NCBI GenBank assembly: GCA_903893485.1
Contig: CAITMK010000012.1
Span: 18,708 to 82,707 of the forward strand
Length of the DNA: 64,000 bases
Origin: Candidatus Magasanikiibacteriota bacterium
GTDB lineage: Bacteria; Patescibacteriota; Patescibacteriia; Magasanikbacterales; 2-02-FULL-50-9b
Direction of reading: 5' to 3'
A program made the translations under genes and the position numbers. Shown here one piece after another: positions 46,340-57,273 of this stretch. Position 1 is the first letter of the stretch. Each line of letters begins with the position of its first letter. The notes under the pieces are model-generated. The model ran no database searches. It was not told where the DNA came from and was given only the letters and a program-made list of their open reading frames with translations.

Positions 46340-46368
46340 TTGAACAATATTGACATCCGTGGTATCCT
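46340..46368 (+). promoter_or_regulatory. uvrA promoter TTGAAC-17-TGgTATCCT flanked by TTGAACAA / TTGTTCAA inverted repeats
   Basis: CTTGAACAATATT at 46339-46351 and CTTGTTCAAAATATT at 46384-46398 bracket the promoter and start codon. Confidence 0.4.
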
Positions 46369-46399
46369 CTGAGGCATTGTATTTCTTGTTCAAAATATT

Positions 46400-49237
46400 A
46401 TGCCACGACCTAAAGAAACCGGGGGAGAAAAGCTCATCGTTCGCGGATGCCGCGTGCACAATTTAAAAAATGTTTCCGTTGAAATTCCAAAAAATTCTTT
46501 AACCGTAATTACGGGTTTATCTGGTTCGGGCAAGTCATCGCTCGCGTTCGATACAATTTATGCCGAAGGCCAACGTCGTTACGCCGAAAGTTTGTCGAGC
46601 TATGCGCGTCAATTCATGGGCATGCAAGACAAGCCAGACGTTGATGAAATGAAAGGCTTGTCTCCAACGATTGCGATTGATCAAAAAACCGCAGCGCTGA
46701 ATCCACGTTCAACCGTTGGTACGGTTGCTGAAATTTATGACCACTTGCGTTTGCTTTTTGCACGCATCGGCAAGCAACATTGCCCGGAATGTGGTGGCGC
46801 CTCACGCGAATTTTCGCGCGGCCAAATCGTCGAAGAAATGCGTCGCATGGCGCGCGATGGGGAATTATATATTTTGGCGCCCGTATATAAGGATGAAGCA
46901 ATCACTGATCATGTTTTGTACTCAGCCATGGAAAAGGCAGAGGTTGAAATGGTGCGCGTTGACGGCATGTTTATTCGCAAAGGTGAAGTGATGCAATTGC
47001 ATTTATCACCAGAAACACCACACACGATTGAATTTATTTGTGGCCGCATTGAAGATGTTAAAAAAGCAGATATTTCTGGCGCAGTTACCAAAGCACTTGA
47101 ATGGGGAAATGGTTTTTTGATTGCCGTGTCACTCGAAACTGGCGCGGAAGAAATTTTTTCAACGGAACGTTTGTGTTCAAATTGTGGAAAACGGTTGCCG
47201 CAACTTGAGCCTGGATTTTTTAGTTTTAATTCGCCACACGGCGCATGTCCACGATGTACTGGTCTTGGTATCACGCTCGATGTTGATCCGGATTTGGTAA
47301 TTCCAAACAATCGTTTGACGCTTGCCGAAGGTGCGATTCAACCATGGACGCGCATTACGGGCAATCAGCAGTACTACCAAAAACTATTGTCAGCTGTTGC
47401 AGCGGTGCACGGATTTTCAACCGAAGAAGCGGTTGCAAACTTGCCAAAAAAAGCACTCGATATTTTGTTATACGGCACAGGCCAACAAATTTATTCAGTT
47501 GAAGACAAGCCGGTTGTGTTTGAGGGTATCGTTGCAAATTTAACGCAACGTCACACCGAAACTACCTCAGATTATATCCGTAAAGAAATCGAAGGCTACA
47601 TGCGTGAACGCATTTGTCCGGTGTGTACGGGCCGTCGTTTGCGCGCAGAAGCGCTTGCGGTTACAATTTTGGACAAAACGATTGCCGAATACACCGCATT
47701 TTCGATCGAAGAAGCGATTGATGTGTTTGGCGCACTTGCCGCAGATAAAAAATCACCATTCACCGAACGCGAACAATTAATTGCAGCGCCCGTGGTGCGC
47801 GAAATTATTAAACGCTTGCAAGATTTGGCACGCGTTGGTTTGGAATATATCACCATCGATCGCTCAATGAATACGTTGTCTGGTGGTGAAGCGCAGCGTG
47901 TACGTTTATCAACGCAGCTTTCATCGGCGCTCACCGGCGTGATTTATATTTTGGATGAACCTTCGATCGGTTTACATCCAACTGACACACAAAAATTAAT
48001 CGACACATTAAAATCACTTCGCGACATTGGTAACACGGTTATCGTTGTTGAACACGACGAAGCAATGATGCAGCAAGCAGATTATGTGATTGATGTTGGC
48101 CCAGGCGCGGGCCGTTACGGCGGCGAAATTATGGCAGCAGGTACATTAAAAGATGTTTTGAAATGCAAAGATTCTTTGACCGCACAATATTTGTCCGGCA
48201 AGCGCAGCATTGAAGTGCCAAAAAAATTGCACAAAGGCACGGGCAAAAATATTACCATCAAAGGTGCAACCGCATTTAATTTGCGCAACATCGATGTCTC
48301 AATTCCACTTGGTAAATTTGTTTGTGTGACCGGTGTTTCAGGTTCGGGTAAATCAACACTTATCATCGACATTTTGGGCAAGGCTTTGGCGAAACATTTT
48401 TTCCGCGCAAAAGATGAACCAGGTGCACACAAATCAATCACTGGTTTGGAACACATCGACAAAGTTATTACGATTGATCAATCACCAATTGGTCGCACAC
48501 CGCGTTCAAATCCTGCAACATACACCAGCGTGTTCACCGCGATCCGCGATTTGTACACCGAGCAGCCAGAAGCAAAAATGCGTGGCTACGATGCGGGTAA
48601 ATTTTCTTTCAACGTGAAAGGCGGCGGCCGTTGTGAAGCATGTAGCGGTGAAGGGTACGTGCGCATCCCAATGCAATTTTTGGCGGACGTATATGTTGAA
48701 TGTGATGAATGTCACGGCAAACGTTATAACGCAGAAGCGCTCGACATTCATTATCGTGGTAAACATATCGCCGACGTTTTGGCGATGACGGTTGATGAAG
48801 CGCGTCAGTTTTTTCACGACGTTCCAGGCATTGCAGATAAGCTCGAAATTTTGTTTGATGTGGGTTTAGGTTATTTGCAACTTGGCCAGCCAGCGACAAC
48901 GCTTTCAGGTGGTGAAGCGCAGCGTGTGAAACTTGCAACAGAACTTTCGCGTCGCGCAACGGGTAAAACGTTATACATTTTGGATGAACCAACAACGGGT
49001 TTGCACTTCGAAGATATCAAACGCCTCCTTCACGTTCTTCAAAAATTAGTTGAAAAAGGAAATTCACTCTTGGTAATTGAGCATAATACTGATATCATTA
49101 AGTCATCAGATTGGGTAATTGATTTGGGCCCTGGTGGCGGCAAACATGGCGGCCAGGTAGTTGCAGAGGGCGCACCAAAAGATGTTGCCAAAATTAAAGG
49201 CAGCCCAACAGGATTACAATTAAAAGCGGTTTTATGA
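46400..49237 (+). CDS. uvrA: excinuclease ABC subunit A
   Basis: Two ABC modules ([10 protein letters not shown] and [10 protein letters not shown]) with zinc-finger Cys pairs; 945 aa. Confidence 0.9.
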   Translation: MPRPKETGGEKLIVRGCRVHNLKNVSVEIPKNSLTVITGLSGSGKSSLAFDTIYAEGQRRYAESLSSYARQFMGMQDKPDVDEMKGLSPTIAIDQKTAALNPRSTVGTVAEIYDHLRLLFARIGKQHCPECGGASREFSRGQIVEEMRRMARDGELYILAPVYKDEAITDHVLYSAMEKAEVEMVRVDGMFIRKGEVMQLHLSPETPHTIEFICGRIEDVKKADISGAVTKALEWGNGFLIAVSLETGAEEIFSTERLCSNCGKRLPQLEPGFFSFNSPHGACPRCTGLGITLDVDPDLVIPNNRLTLAEGAIQPWTRITGNQQYYQKLLSAVAAVHGFSTEEAVANLPKKALDILLYGTGQQIYSVEDKPVVFEGIVANLTQRHTETTSDYIRKEIEGYMRERICPVCTGRRLRAEALAVTILDKTIAEYTAFSIEEAIDVFGALAADKKSPFTEREQLIAAPVVREIIKRLQDLARVGLEYITIDRSMNTLSGGEAQRVRLSTQLSSALTGVIYILDEPSIGLHPTDTQKLIDTLKSLRDIGNTVIVVEHDEAMMQQADYVIDVGPGAGRYGGEIMAAGTLKDVLKCKDSLTAQYLSGKRSIEVPKKLHKGTGKNITIKGATAFNLRNIDVSIPLGKFVCVTGVSGSGKSTLIIDILGKALAKHFFRAKDEPGAHKSITGLEHIDKVITIDQSPIGRTPRSNPATYTSVFTAIRDLYTEQPEAKMRGYDAGKFSFNVKGGGRCEACSGEGYVRIPMQFLADVYVECDECHGKRYNAEALDIHYRGKHIADVLAMTVDEARQFFHDVPGIADKLEILFDVGLGYLQLGQPATTLSGGEAQRVKLATELSRRATGKTLYILDEPTTGLHFEDIKRLLHVLQKLVEKGNSLLVIEHNTDIIKSSDWVIDLGPGGGKHGGQVVAEGAPKDVAKIKGSPTGLQLKAVL

Positions 49238-49953
49238 GCACACTCACCCCACAGGTAATTGCAGAAACTCCGGACTACGTGGTGGTGTTAAAACCAGCAG
49301 GTCTTTTGGTTCACGAAGCAGATAGCGCGCCAGGCGAAAAAACATTGGTTGACTGGCTCATCAAAAAATATCCAGAAGTAAAAAAAGTTGGTGACGATCC
49401 AAAAACTCGCCCGGGCATTGTGCATCGCCTTGATCGCGAAGCGTCGGGTCTTTTGGTGGTGGCTCGAACACAAAAAATGTTCGAGATGTTAAAAATACAA
49501 TTTCAGGAACACACAATCGATAAACGATACATGGTTTTGGTGCACGGCAAAGTGATTAACTCACATGGCGACATCAAATTGCCAATCGGGCGTGCCGGCC
49601 GCGGTGGCCGCATGGCAGCGCACAACACCGGCGTTGAAGACGCGCGCGAAGCACACACGTTTTATGAAGTTAAAGCGCGCTACGGTGGCGTTACGCTCCT
49701 TGAGGTAACCATCACCACGGGTCGCACGCACCAAATCCGCGTGCACATGTTTGCGCTCCAGCATCCAGTTGTTGGCGACACCTTGTATCCGGTTAAAAAA
49801 GTTGGCAAAGCGTTTCCAATTTTGGATCGGTTGTTTTTGCACGCAACACATTTGGCATTCACGGATTTAGCAGGGCAGCGCGTTGAATTCGATGCCCCGC
49901 TTCCAACAGAACTCGATCGATACCTTACGTACTTTAAACCAGTGACCGTATGA
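49234..49953 (+). CDS. RluA-family pseudouridine synthase
   Basis: HRLDREASGLLVVA catalytic-Asp motif; overlaps uvrA by 4 nt. Confidence 0.8.
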   Translation: MSTLTPQVIAETPDYVVVLKPAGLLVHEADSAPGEKTLVDWLIKKYPEVKKVGDDPKTRPGIVHRLDREASGLLVVARTQKMFEMLKIQFQEHTIDKRYMVLVHGKVINSHGDIKLPIGRAGRGGRMAAHNTGVEDAREAHTFYEVKARYGGVTLLEVTITTGRTHQIRVHMFALQHPVVGDTLYPVKKVGKAFPILDRLFLHATHLAFTDLAGQRVEFDAPLPTELDRYLTYFKPVTV

Positions 49954-50528
49954 ACCAGAAGCCACCGATTTTTATTATCACGGGCCCTAGCGGCGTTGGA
50001 AAAACAACCATCGCTCATGCACTCCTGCGACGATTTAAGTGGCTCCAAAAAGTGACCACGCACACCACGCGCACGCCACGCCCCGGTGAGATCGATGGGC
50101 GCGATTATCATTTTGTTACGCCCGTGGAATTTGAAAAAAAGATAAAGGCCAATGAATTTTTGGAACATGCAACCGTGTATGGCGACAGCTATGGCACCGC
50201 ATGGAAAGACGTTGATGCAGTTGCAAACGCTGGCCACGCCGCACTTTTTGTGGTTGACGTGCAAGGCGCGAAAACCTTAAAACGAAAATTAAAAACCGCG
50301 TCACTAATTTTTTTGGCGCCAGATAGTTTGCAATCTTTGCGCACCCGCATCGGCCGCCGCCGCAGCAACGAAACGCCGGAGCAACTCGAGCGCCGCATGA
50401 AAACCGCAACCGACGAAATGGCATCACAGGGAAACGCGGACCACATTATTTTAAATCGACAAGGTGAGCGCCCACTGGCAATTCGGGCAGTGGCACATGT
50501 TTTGAAGAGTAAAATGCAGGGGCGCTAG
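49950..50528 (+). CDS. gmk: guanylate kinase
   Basis: ITGPSGVGKTT P-loop with typical Gmk length and downstream motifs. Confidence 0.8.
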   Translation: MNQKPPIFIITGPSGVGKTTIAHALLRRFKWLQKVTTHTTRTPRPGEIDGRDYHFVTPVEFEKKIKANEFLEHATVYGDSYGTAWKDVDAVANAGHAALFVVDVQGAKTLKRKLKTASLIFLAPDSLQSLRTRIGRRRSNETPEQLERRMKTATDEMASQGNADHIILNRQGERPLAIRAVAHVLKSKMQGR

Positions 50529-50583
50529 GTTCCCATCTATCGCTCTTGACGAAAAACCCCCACTTTGCTAAACTAGTCCCACT

Positions 50584-50943
50584 ATGGAACTTCACCCAGA
50601 AATCCGCCCGGGCGCTTTCATCCGCGTACACCAGGCGATCAAAGAAACAACGCCAAAAGGCGAAGTAAAAGAACGTATTCAGATTTTCGAAGGTTTGGTG
50701 CTTAAGCGCTCACACCGCAAGGAAATTGGTGCGACTATTATTGTGTACAAAAAATCAGGCACTGTTGGTGTGGAAAAAATCTTTCCACTCAACTCTCCAA
50801 CTATCAAAAAGTTTGAGTTTGTACGCCAGTACAAAGTAGCCCGTGCAGATATCTCATTTGCAAAGGACACTCACAAGAAATTGAAAGAATTGCGCGCTCC
50901 AGGAACCGCTAAGCCAAAAGCTAAGGTTGCAAAAGCAAAATAA
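50584..50943 (+). CDS. rplS: 50S ribosomal protein L19
   Basis: IQIFEGLVLKRSHRKEIGATIIVYKKSGTVGVEKIFPLNSP matches the conserved L19 core. Confidence 0.85.
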   Translation: MELHPEIRPGAFIRVHQAIKETTPKGEVKERIQIFEGLVLKRSHRKEIGATIIVYKKSGTVGVEKIFPLNSPTIKKFEFVRQYKVARADISFAKDTHKKLKELRAPGTAKPKAKVAKAK

Positions 50944-50956
50944 TTTTTCTAGAAGA

Positions 50957-50990
50957 AAAAGCCCTGGTGAAAGCCGGGGCTTTTTTGTAT
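50957..50990 (+). terminator. intrinsic terminator agccctgg-tgaaag-ccggggc + T6
   Basis: Stem-loop followed by a T-run. A related copy with compensatory base changes is at 51764-51800. Confidence 0.75.
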
Positions 50991-51002
50991 ACTGATCAAC
51001 AT

Positions 51003-51752
51003 ATGATTTGGGATCCGATCACTCTAAAACAAGAAGATGAGCTGCGCGCTGCGACAAACAGCTGTCTAGCTGCAAATAAAAAAACGCCAACGATTGCATT
51101 GCGCGTTGCAGGAGTAGACATTGTCCTATTTGCGATATTTCTTTTTTGGGCTCACACAAGTACACTCACCTCTGATGTAATTTGGGATATAAGCATTTTT
51201 TTATTATTTATCCCCATCATGTGTTTGGCTGCTTGGGTGCAATCAAATGATAATGTGACTTTTATGACCGTGCGTCTTGCCCACGGTTGGGATGTCATCA
51301 CCAATCCAGATAAACAGCGATTCCGTGATTTAAATGCTAAATATAATTTTTTGATACCACGTGATACTCTAAAAAGAGGTGAGGGGGCTTACGTATGCCG
51401 TAATGAAATTTGGGGTAAGGCATCGCAAACAAGTTTCTTTTCGTGCCAAATTGATTATGCATGCGGTGGTAACAGAATCACAGCTGCTGAATCTCGACAA
51501 TTACTTTTTGTAAAATTACCTGCGCCACAAAAATCAATAAAAACAGATGGTGATTTTGACATTTCAATCCTGAGTTCTGCAGCTCAGGCGGCATGGAATG
51601 ATTTGACTGCACAATGTGGTAAGACCAAATTTATTATTGAAAATGACCTTGCGGCAATTAGCACGTTAACGGGATTCCTAAAGTTAGGGACACCGGAAAA
51701 AATTGAAGAAGTGTGTGTTAAAATTTTGGCATTAGCTGCTGCGCTTGTATAA
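51003..51752 (+). CDS. hypothetical membrane protein (249 aa)
   Basis: TGTATACTG box 9 nt upstream of the ATG. Two TM segments near the N-terminus. Confidence 0.5.
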   Translation: MIWDPITLKQEDELRAATNSCLAANKKTPTIALRVAGVDIVLFAIFLFWAHTSTLTSDVIWDISIFLLFIPIMCLAAWVQSNDNVTFMTVRLAHGWDVITNPDKQRFRDLNAKYNFLIPRDTLKRGEGAYVCRNEIWGKASQTSFFSCQIDYACGGNRITAAESRQLLFVKLPAPQKSIKTDGDFDISILSSAAQAAWNDLTAQCGKTKFIIENDLAAISTLTGFLKLGTPEKIEEVCVKILALAAALV

Positions 51753-51763
51753 AGATCTGATTC

Positions 51764-51800
51764 AAAAAAGCCTTGGTGAAAACCAAGGCTTTTGCTTTTG
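51764..51800. terminator. bidirectional terminator agccttgg-tgaaaa-ccaaggc
   Basis: Perfect stem between convergent genes with flanking A/T runs. Confidence 0.7.
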
Positions 51801-51820
51801 AAATGTTCTCTTATTGCGGA

Positions 51821-54193
51821 CTAAAATTTATACATTGAAATCTTAGCCACATTAATAAGTCCTTTCATAAAGTCTGACTTATACTGCTGAAGCGTTTTAA
51901 TTGCGCGCGCAATTTCAAGTGGATCATTTTTTTGAACAGGCGCTTCGGTCATAGTTACTTTGTCATCTTTCACTTTGGTAACAATTTGATTTCCCGCAAC
52001 GCCGATGTAAGTCGAAGACTTGAAATCAATTGCGTATTGCAATGGATCGCCGCCAGCAAGCGGAAGAATTACTAAAGAATCTGGTTGACTAATCTTAAAG
52101 ACTAAACGGGCACCATCAAATGAAAGCAGCTCTCGCTCAGAATGCTTTTGAAGAATTGGCGGTAATGGAATTTCAGTGGTTACGAAATTTTTTAGGTCAA
52201 CTTGTGCATAGGTATTGCCATCACTCATGACTGCGGTATCCCCATATAGTTTAATTGTTCTGATCTGTCCGTAAAAAGGGTACCCCAGTTCTTTGCCCGT
52301 ATTCATGTCGAGCACATGCAGCGCCGGTGCGTTTGTGGTGGTATCAAAAAGTGCCCACGCAATATAATGAGAACCGCCCACCACTGTTGTCAGCATTTGA
52401 TTTTCTCCTACATTATCCGATTGTAGCTGCTTAACGAGCTTACCGGTTTTTGTATTCCAAGCGCTATATGCCGTAATGCCACTTTTTGAATGAGTTTCTA
52501 ATATTAATGATTGATATTCGGCATGCACGGTAAAGCTTAAAAGATCTGCCATGTTGGCTGCGGTGATTTTTTGTACGACCGTATCTTTTTTTGTGGCAAA
52601 ATCGTACCAATGTACCTCGCCGGTTGTTATTTTTTTAGCGGTTACCACACGAAACCATGCGAGGCCGGTTGGACCAACACTCCAAGGTTTCGTGGAATTA
52701 AGTTGCGGCATCCCGATTGTTGGAATTGTAAAATTCTTACCGGTACTTATTTTATGTACAATGATTGATTGAGTGGAAGTTACTCCGCCAAAGGCATTCG
52801 CTATGAGCGCGCCACCTGCACTAGCGACTGTCCCCATTAGTTTATTAAAAACATCGGGATGGGTTTTCAAGTAATCATTTGCGGCCGCTTGAGTTTTAAT
52901 ACTTTTTGGAACCGTTGCACTAAGTTTTTGTAAGCCGCTGGTAAGCGTATTAAAAAACTTTGTAGTATCTTTTGCCGAGACCAGTGGTACGTTTGCAGCG
53001 ATCACATCATTGGCTACATCAAAATCCCCGTACTCTGCGATTGTCCCTTTGGGACCTGGTGGAACAGTCCACAATGAAACAGGTAAACTTGAAGCCCCGG
53101 GAATATCGCTGGTCTGCTGAAGTTTTTGTAGCGTCGCATCATCAATGCTGTTGTCACATTGAATCGTTTTGTATCGAAGGCCATTTGAGTCTGCCCAATA
53201 GATATATGGACCGGTTAGAACCGCATGACTTGCATTTTCAATGCCATCAGCCTTAGTAAAATTTGTAGGACAAGACATCTGCGTTGACTCGTTGAAGAAA
53301 TTATATACAGAACCTTGTTTCCATAGCAGGCCAGAATCACCTGAAAGAAAATATGAAGCTTTCGCGTCATTAATTACAACAGGAGCAATGGTTTTGGTAT
53401 CCATGGCGACTCGGTAATAACCATTATTCAAGTACAATGGATTTTCGACGTAGAATGATGACTTATCTGCCATGGATAAGAATTTTAAAACACCCTCTGT
53501 CTGTATGAATGCCGTATAATCAATTGTGGTCGCTGCGGTATCGACAAATCGGCGAAATACGATTGTGTGATTATTTATATCGCTCGCTGCGATATAATCA
53601 GGCCCGATAACAAAATTTGTATTGCCCGCTTGATCTACCACGTCAACATCAGGATCTTGTAGAAAATCAGCAACACTTTGCGTCTTATTTTGCGCAACAT
53701 CAAGGACTTCATACGTTTGGGTGTCCGTACTATAGACTGCAAACTTTCCATCTACGGATGCAGCAACCTCACCCAAAAGAGTATCTGATGATTTTGCGAT
53801 AAGTTGCGAGACTTTTTTACTTGTAAAATCGTATTGATATATGCCGGATGTTGCATCTTTGCTTCCCCAAATGACGGTGTTGTTTGTAATCGCTGCGTTT
53901 GAGAGCTCGTATAGCGGATCTGAAATTGGCGCAAAACTACCGGTGCCTACATCGGTCATCATGAGTTGGCCATCTGGATGAGTTGAAACAAATGGGGATT
54001 GGCCGCTAGGACTTGTGAACCAAACAACATGTGAACCAAATGCAGCCCAATCGTTTGCAGGGTCCTGTTGAAATCCACTTTGCGTTCCGTAGCCAGCAAC
54101 CGGAGTTGCAGTAGTTGCGGCAATTGCGGATGCCGTTGGCAATAATAATGAAATAACGGTGAAGAGCGAAACGAAAGAGCTTTTTTTAAACAT
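51821..54193 (-). CDS. hypothetical large secreted protein (790 aa)
   Basis: Signal peptide MFKKSSFVSLFTVISLLLPTASAIAA. Repetitive beta-rich composition. Confidence 0.5.
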   Translation of the reverse strand: MFKKSSFVSLFTVISLLLPTASAIAATTATPVAGYGTQSGFQQDPANDWAAFGSHVVWFTSPSGQSPFVSTHPDGQLMMTDVGTGSFAPISDPLYELSNAAITNNTVIWGSKDATSGIYQYDFTSKKVSQLIAKSSDTLLGEVAASVDGKFAVYSTDTQTYEVLDVAQNKTQSVADFLQDPDVDVVDQAGNTNFVIGPDYIAASDINNHTIVFRRFVDTAATTIDYTAFIQTEGVLKFLSMADKSSFYVENPLYLNNGYYRVAMDTKTIAPVVINDAKASYFLSGDSGLLWKQGSVYNFFNESTQMSCPTNFTKADGIENASHAVLTGPYIYWADSNGLRYKTIQCDNSIDDATLQKLQQTSDIPGASSLPVSLWTVPPGPKGTIAEYGDFDVANDVIAANVPLVSAKDTTKFFNTLTSGLQKLSATVPKSIKTQAAANDYLKTHPDVFNKLMGTVASAGGALIANAFGGVTSTQSIIVHKISTGKNFTIPTIGMPQLNSTKPWSVGPTGLAWFRVVTAKKITTGEVHWYDFATKKDTVVQKITAANMADLLSFTVHAEYQSLILETHSKSGITAYSAWNTKTGKLVKQLQSDNVGENQMLTTVVGGSHYIAWALFDTTTNAPALHVLDMNTGKELGYPFYGQIRTIKLYGDTAVMSDGNTYAQVDLKNFVTTEIPLPPILQKHSERELLSFDGARLVFKISQPDSLVILPLAGGDPLQYAIDFKSSTYIGVAGNQIVTKVKDDKVTMTEAPVQKNDPLEIARAIKTLQQYKSDFMKGLINVAKISMYKF

Positions 54194-54273
54194 AATACCG
54201 CCAGTATACTAGAGCTAAATAAAAATAAATAGCCATTGTTGGTTTATGATATTATTTGTATACTGATCGACAT

Positions 54274-55038
54274 ATGAAAAAACTCATCGCCTTATTGAGC
54301 ATTATTTCAGCATTTACATTTTGTTCAACCGCGCTTGCCTCTAATGGATATCCTGCACATACCTATACGTATGTGAATGATTTTGCCAAAGTGCTCACAC
54401 CAGATGACATTAATACATTGCAATCGCAGCTTTCAAAATTTGATACTGATAATGATGTTTCAATTATTGTGGCGACCGTGAATTCAATTCAAGATTATCC
54501 AACGGGCGACCAAACAATTGAATCATTTGGAATGAATTTGTTTAATAACTGGGGCGTCGGCAGCGCAAAAAAAAATAATGGCGTACTTATGTTGGTTGCG
54601 GTTAAAGATCGTAAAATTCGCATTCAACTTGGTTCGGGATACGGATCATCGTATGATGCTACGATGACGAAAATTATTGCGAGTGACATGTCGCCATCTT
54701 TTAAAGCGGGGCAGTTTGGTGCAGGCTTCAGACTCGGCGCTGCATCGGTTATGAATGTGGTGGGGGTTGCAAATCGTGTGCTAACACCAGAAGAGAAAAA
54801 AGCGGCAATGGTAAAAACTTATGTAGTCATGGGCGGTATCGCAATCTTATTGATTGTGCTTATTGCCGCGGCGATCTCCGCCTTTCGTTCGGGCAAAACA
54901 GGTTGGGGTTGGATATTTTTGGCAGCTATTGGCGCGATAATTTGGTTTTTATTTCGATTAATGCCAAACGGACGTGGTGGCGGTGGCGGATATGGCGGTG
55001 GCTCGTCATCGGGTGGTGGTGGATCAGGTAGTTTTTAA
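54274..55038 (+). CDS. TPM-domain (YgcG-like) protein with C-terminal TM helix and Gly-rich tail
   Basis: TPM-like core YVNDFAKVLTP...VSIIVATVNSI...GVLMLVAVKDRKIRIQLGSGYG, then a TM helix and GGGGGYGGGSSSGGGGSGSF tail. TGTATACTG box upstream. Confidence 0.55.
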   Translation: MKKLIALLSIISAFTFCSTALASNGYPAHTYTYVNDFAKVLTPDDINTLQSQLSKFDTDNDVSIIVATVNSIQDYPTGDQTIESFGMNLFNNWGVGSAKKNNGVLMLVAVKDRKIRIQLGSGYGSSYDATMTKIIASDMSPSFKAGQFGAGFRLGAASVMNVVGVANRVLTPEEKKAAMVKTYVVMGGIAILLIVLIAAAISAFRSGKTGWGWIFLAAIGAIIWFLFRLMPNGRGGGGGYGGGSSSGGGGSGSF

Positions 55039-55076
55039 AAAAACAGCCGACCTTGCGTTTCCACAAAATCGGCGGG

Positions 55077-55700
55077 TTAGGGGTTTGGCACTTCCGGCCG
55101 GCCCAAAATAATGTCTGAGTGTGCCCAATCGATGCGCCAGCCGCGTAGATAAACAGCTCCGAGAATTCGTTGCAGAATTTCCTTTGCTCGTTGATCTTTT
55201 GGATGTCTGAGCGAAGTAATCCGAATCACGAAATGTTCGCGCCGCGATGGTTTGCTTAGGGTCTCTACGGTAATTTGGGCGCAACCGATCTTTGCCCACT
55301 GAGGTTGGAGTTCTGGGGCGGCGTAACGGACGCTCACCGGTATGCGGTTAGCCACAGCCTCGACATCGGCAAGACTTGGCATAGGGAAACGCGTCGTATC
55401 GGCCTGTGCAAAATGGTACACGTCGGTGTTTACTTTTTTGAGGATGGCAATTTCTACCGGGACTGATCCTGGAAGAAGGATGATTTCGTCAGAGAAGTCT
55501 TGTGACTCAACATCGCTTGGCAGGCCAACCTCGACACACTTTGCAAAGCCGGCCCTAATAAATGGAGCCTGCAGGTGCGGCGGAATTGCCGAGAGCAACT
55601 TTGAGTTGTCGCCTGGTGCGCATGGTTCGCGCGTTGCAAAAAATTGCTTTAAAGGCACCTCGCTTGAAGCGGGCACCACGAAATAGGTACGCCAGTTCAT
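55077..55700 (-). CDS. hypothetical protein (207 aa), GC-elevated cassette G
   Basis: AGGAGGTG Shine-Dalgarno 5 nt before the ATG, with TAACGT immediately after the cca stop. ~54% GC. No recognisable motifs. Confidence 0.45.
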   Translation of the reverse strand: MNWRTYFVVPASSEVPLKQFFATREPCAPGDNSKLLSAIPPHLQAPFIRAGFAKCVEVGLPSDVESQDFSDEIILLPGSVPVEIAILKKVNTDVYHFAQADTTRFPMPSLADVEAVANRIPVSVRYAAPELQPQWAKIGCAQITVETLSKPSRREHFVIRITSLRHPKDQRAKEILQRILGAVYLRGWRIDWAHSDIILGRPEVPNP

Positions 55701-55725
55701 GAGACACCTCCTGAACGCAACGTTA

Positions 55726-57204
55726 CTACTGTTTTTTCAAAAAGTCAATCGCCTGGAGTTTAGTTGAAAGTTTGCCACTGAGCTGCGCTTCGCGAAGTAA
55801 TTCCAAAAGTTCACCAACGCGTGGGCCCGGTGCGATTTTAAGAGCCGACATAATTTCAGTGCCGTCTAAAAGTGGCTCAATTACTTTTTGCATGGGACCG
55901 CGGCCACGCAGTAATTTTTTGACGCGCGCCAAAACAGCATGCACATGTTTTTTCTTTGGAAAACCAGCAGATGGAATGGTTGCGGAGCCATCGCTAAAAA
56001 GCATGGTCAATAATTCGCGGCCCGCATTTAGGTCACGCACAAAATATTTTTCAATCGTAGTTTCTTTTAAATCTGCAACATCAGCTTGCACCGCGAGTAG
56101 GTGATGATCGATGAGCCACACGGCCAAATCAACATCAACATTACAACCTTCCACGGATGATAGTTTTAAGCGTTCCATGATTTGCCGACCAACGCGCCCG
56201 CCAACAACATCGTGGCCGGTGAATCGAATGCGATCGACACCGTCTTTTTTTGGTGTTTGAATGGTTAATGGTTTTGCGACGTCGTGCAAAAGTGTTGCAA
56301 TGTACTGTGTTGGCGTTGCTTTGAGCGGCGCTTTATAAATGCGCGGCAGCAATTTAATAAAGCGGCGATATGGCGTGCCATGCAAATTTGAAACTGCAAC
56401 AACGGTATGTTTCCACACGTCGCCTTCGCTATGATAATTTTTTGGCTGTGGGCATTTGTGCATTGTCAAAAGTTCTGGTGCTACTGTGGCGAATGCACCA
56501 AACTTATCCCAGAGTTCCATGAATCGCGCCGGATTTGCAATCAACGATTTCATAAATTCACGACCAACTAATTCGTATGGCACCAAGCGTTCACCGTTTT
56601 TGGTAACGTCATTTACGCGTGGCATTAATTTTTTCATGGCAGCGGCAGTTTTTGGTTCAATTGCAAAATTCAGCTGGCACGCAAAGCGCAACCCACGTAA
56701 AATGCGCGTGTAATCTTCTTGAAAACGTTCGGCCGGCTTGCCGACCGCGCGCAATTTTTTGGCGCGCAAATCAGCGCGGCCGCCAAAGGGGTCGATGAGT
56801 TTATCGGTTGCCAAATCAAGTGCAATTGCATTAATGGTAAAATCTCGACGTGCTAAATCTTTTTCGATTGGTAGGGTGTGTGCGGCATAAACTTCAACAT
56901 CGCGATAGGCGCCCGTGCCACCTGGAACTTCGGTGCGGGGAAGCGCGATATCGATTTGCGCGCCGCCTTTTTGCGGCGCAAATTTAATTACACCAAACGT
57001 TTTGCCAACCACATCAACGGATCCATAAGTTTCCAAAAAAGAAATCAAATCTTCGAGTGGTACGCCGCGCACCACTAAATCAACATCCTTACTTGGGCGA
57101 CGCAGCAAAATATCGCGCACCATGCCGCCAACCAAAAAAATCTGCGCATCAGGATATGCGCGCAGCAGCGGTTTTGCCCATGAAAATTTAAGTCCATGTT
57201 TCAT
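55726..57204 (-). CDS. cca: CCA tRNA nucleotidyltransferase / poly(A) polymerase family with HD domain
   Basis: Pol-beta-like motif IFLVGGMVRDILLRRPSKDVDLVV, followed by a head domain and an HD-like C-terminal region. Confidence 0.75.
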   Translation of the reverse strand: MKHGLKFSWAKPLLRAYPDAQIFLVGGMVRDILLRRPSKDVDLVVRGVPLEDLISFLETYGSVDVVGKTFGVIKFAPQKGGAQIDIALPRTEVPGGTGAYRDVEVYAAHTLPIEKDLARRDFTINAIALDLATDKLIDPFGGRADLRAKKLRAVGKPAERFQEDYTRILRGLRFACQLNFAIEPKTAAAMKKLMPRVNDVTKNGERLVPYELVGREFMKSLIANPARFMELWDKFGAFATVAPELLTMHKCPQPKNYHSEGDVWKHTVVAVSNLHGTPYRRFIKLLPRIYKAPLKATPTQYIATLLHDVAKPLTIQTPKKDGVDRIRFTGHDVVGGRVGRQIMERLKLSSVEGCNVDVDLAVWLIDHHLLAVQADVADLKETTIEKYFVRDLNAGRELLTMLFSDGSATIPSAGFPKKKHVHAVLARVKKLLRGRGPMQKVIEPLLDGTEIMSALKIAPGPRVGELLELLREAQLSGKLSTKLQAIDFLKKQ

Positions 57205-57273
57205 GGCTCTATCGTAGCGCAAAAGTACTTGATTGTCCACCCCACGGACGTGGTATACTACGCGCAACTTTTT

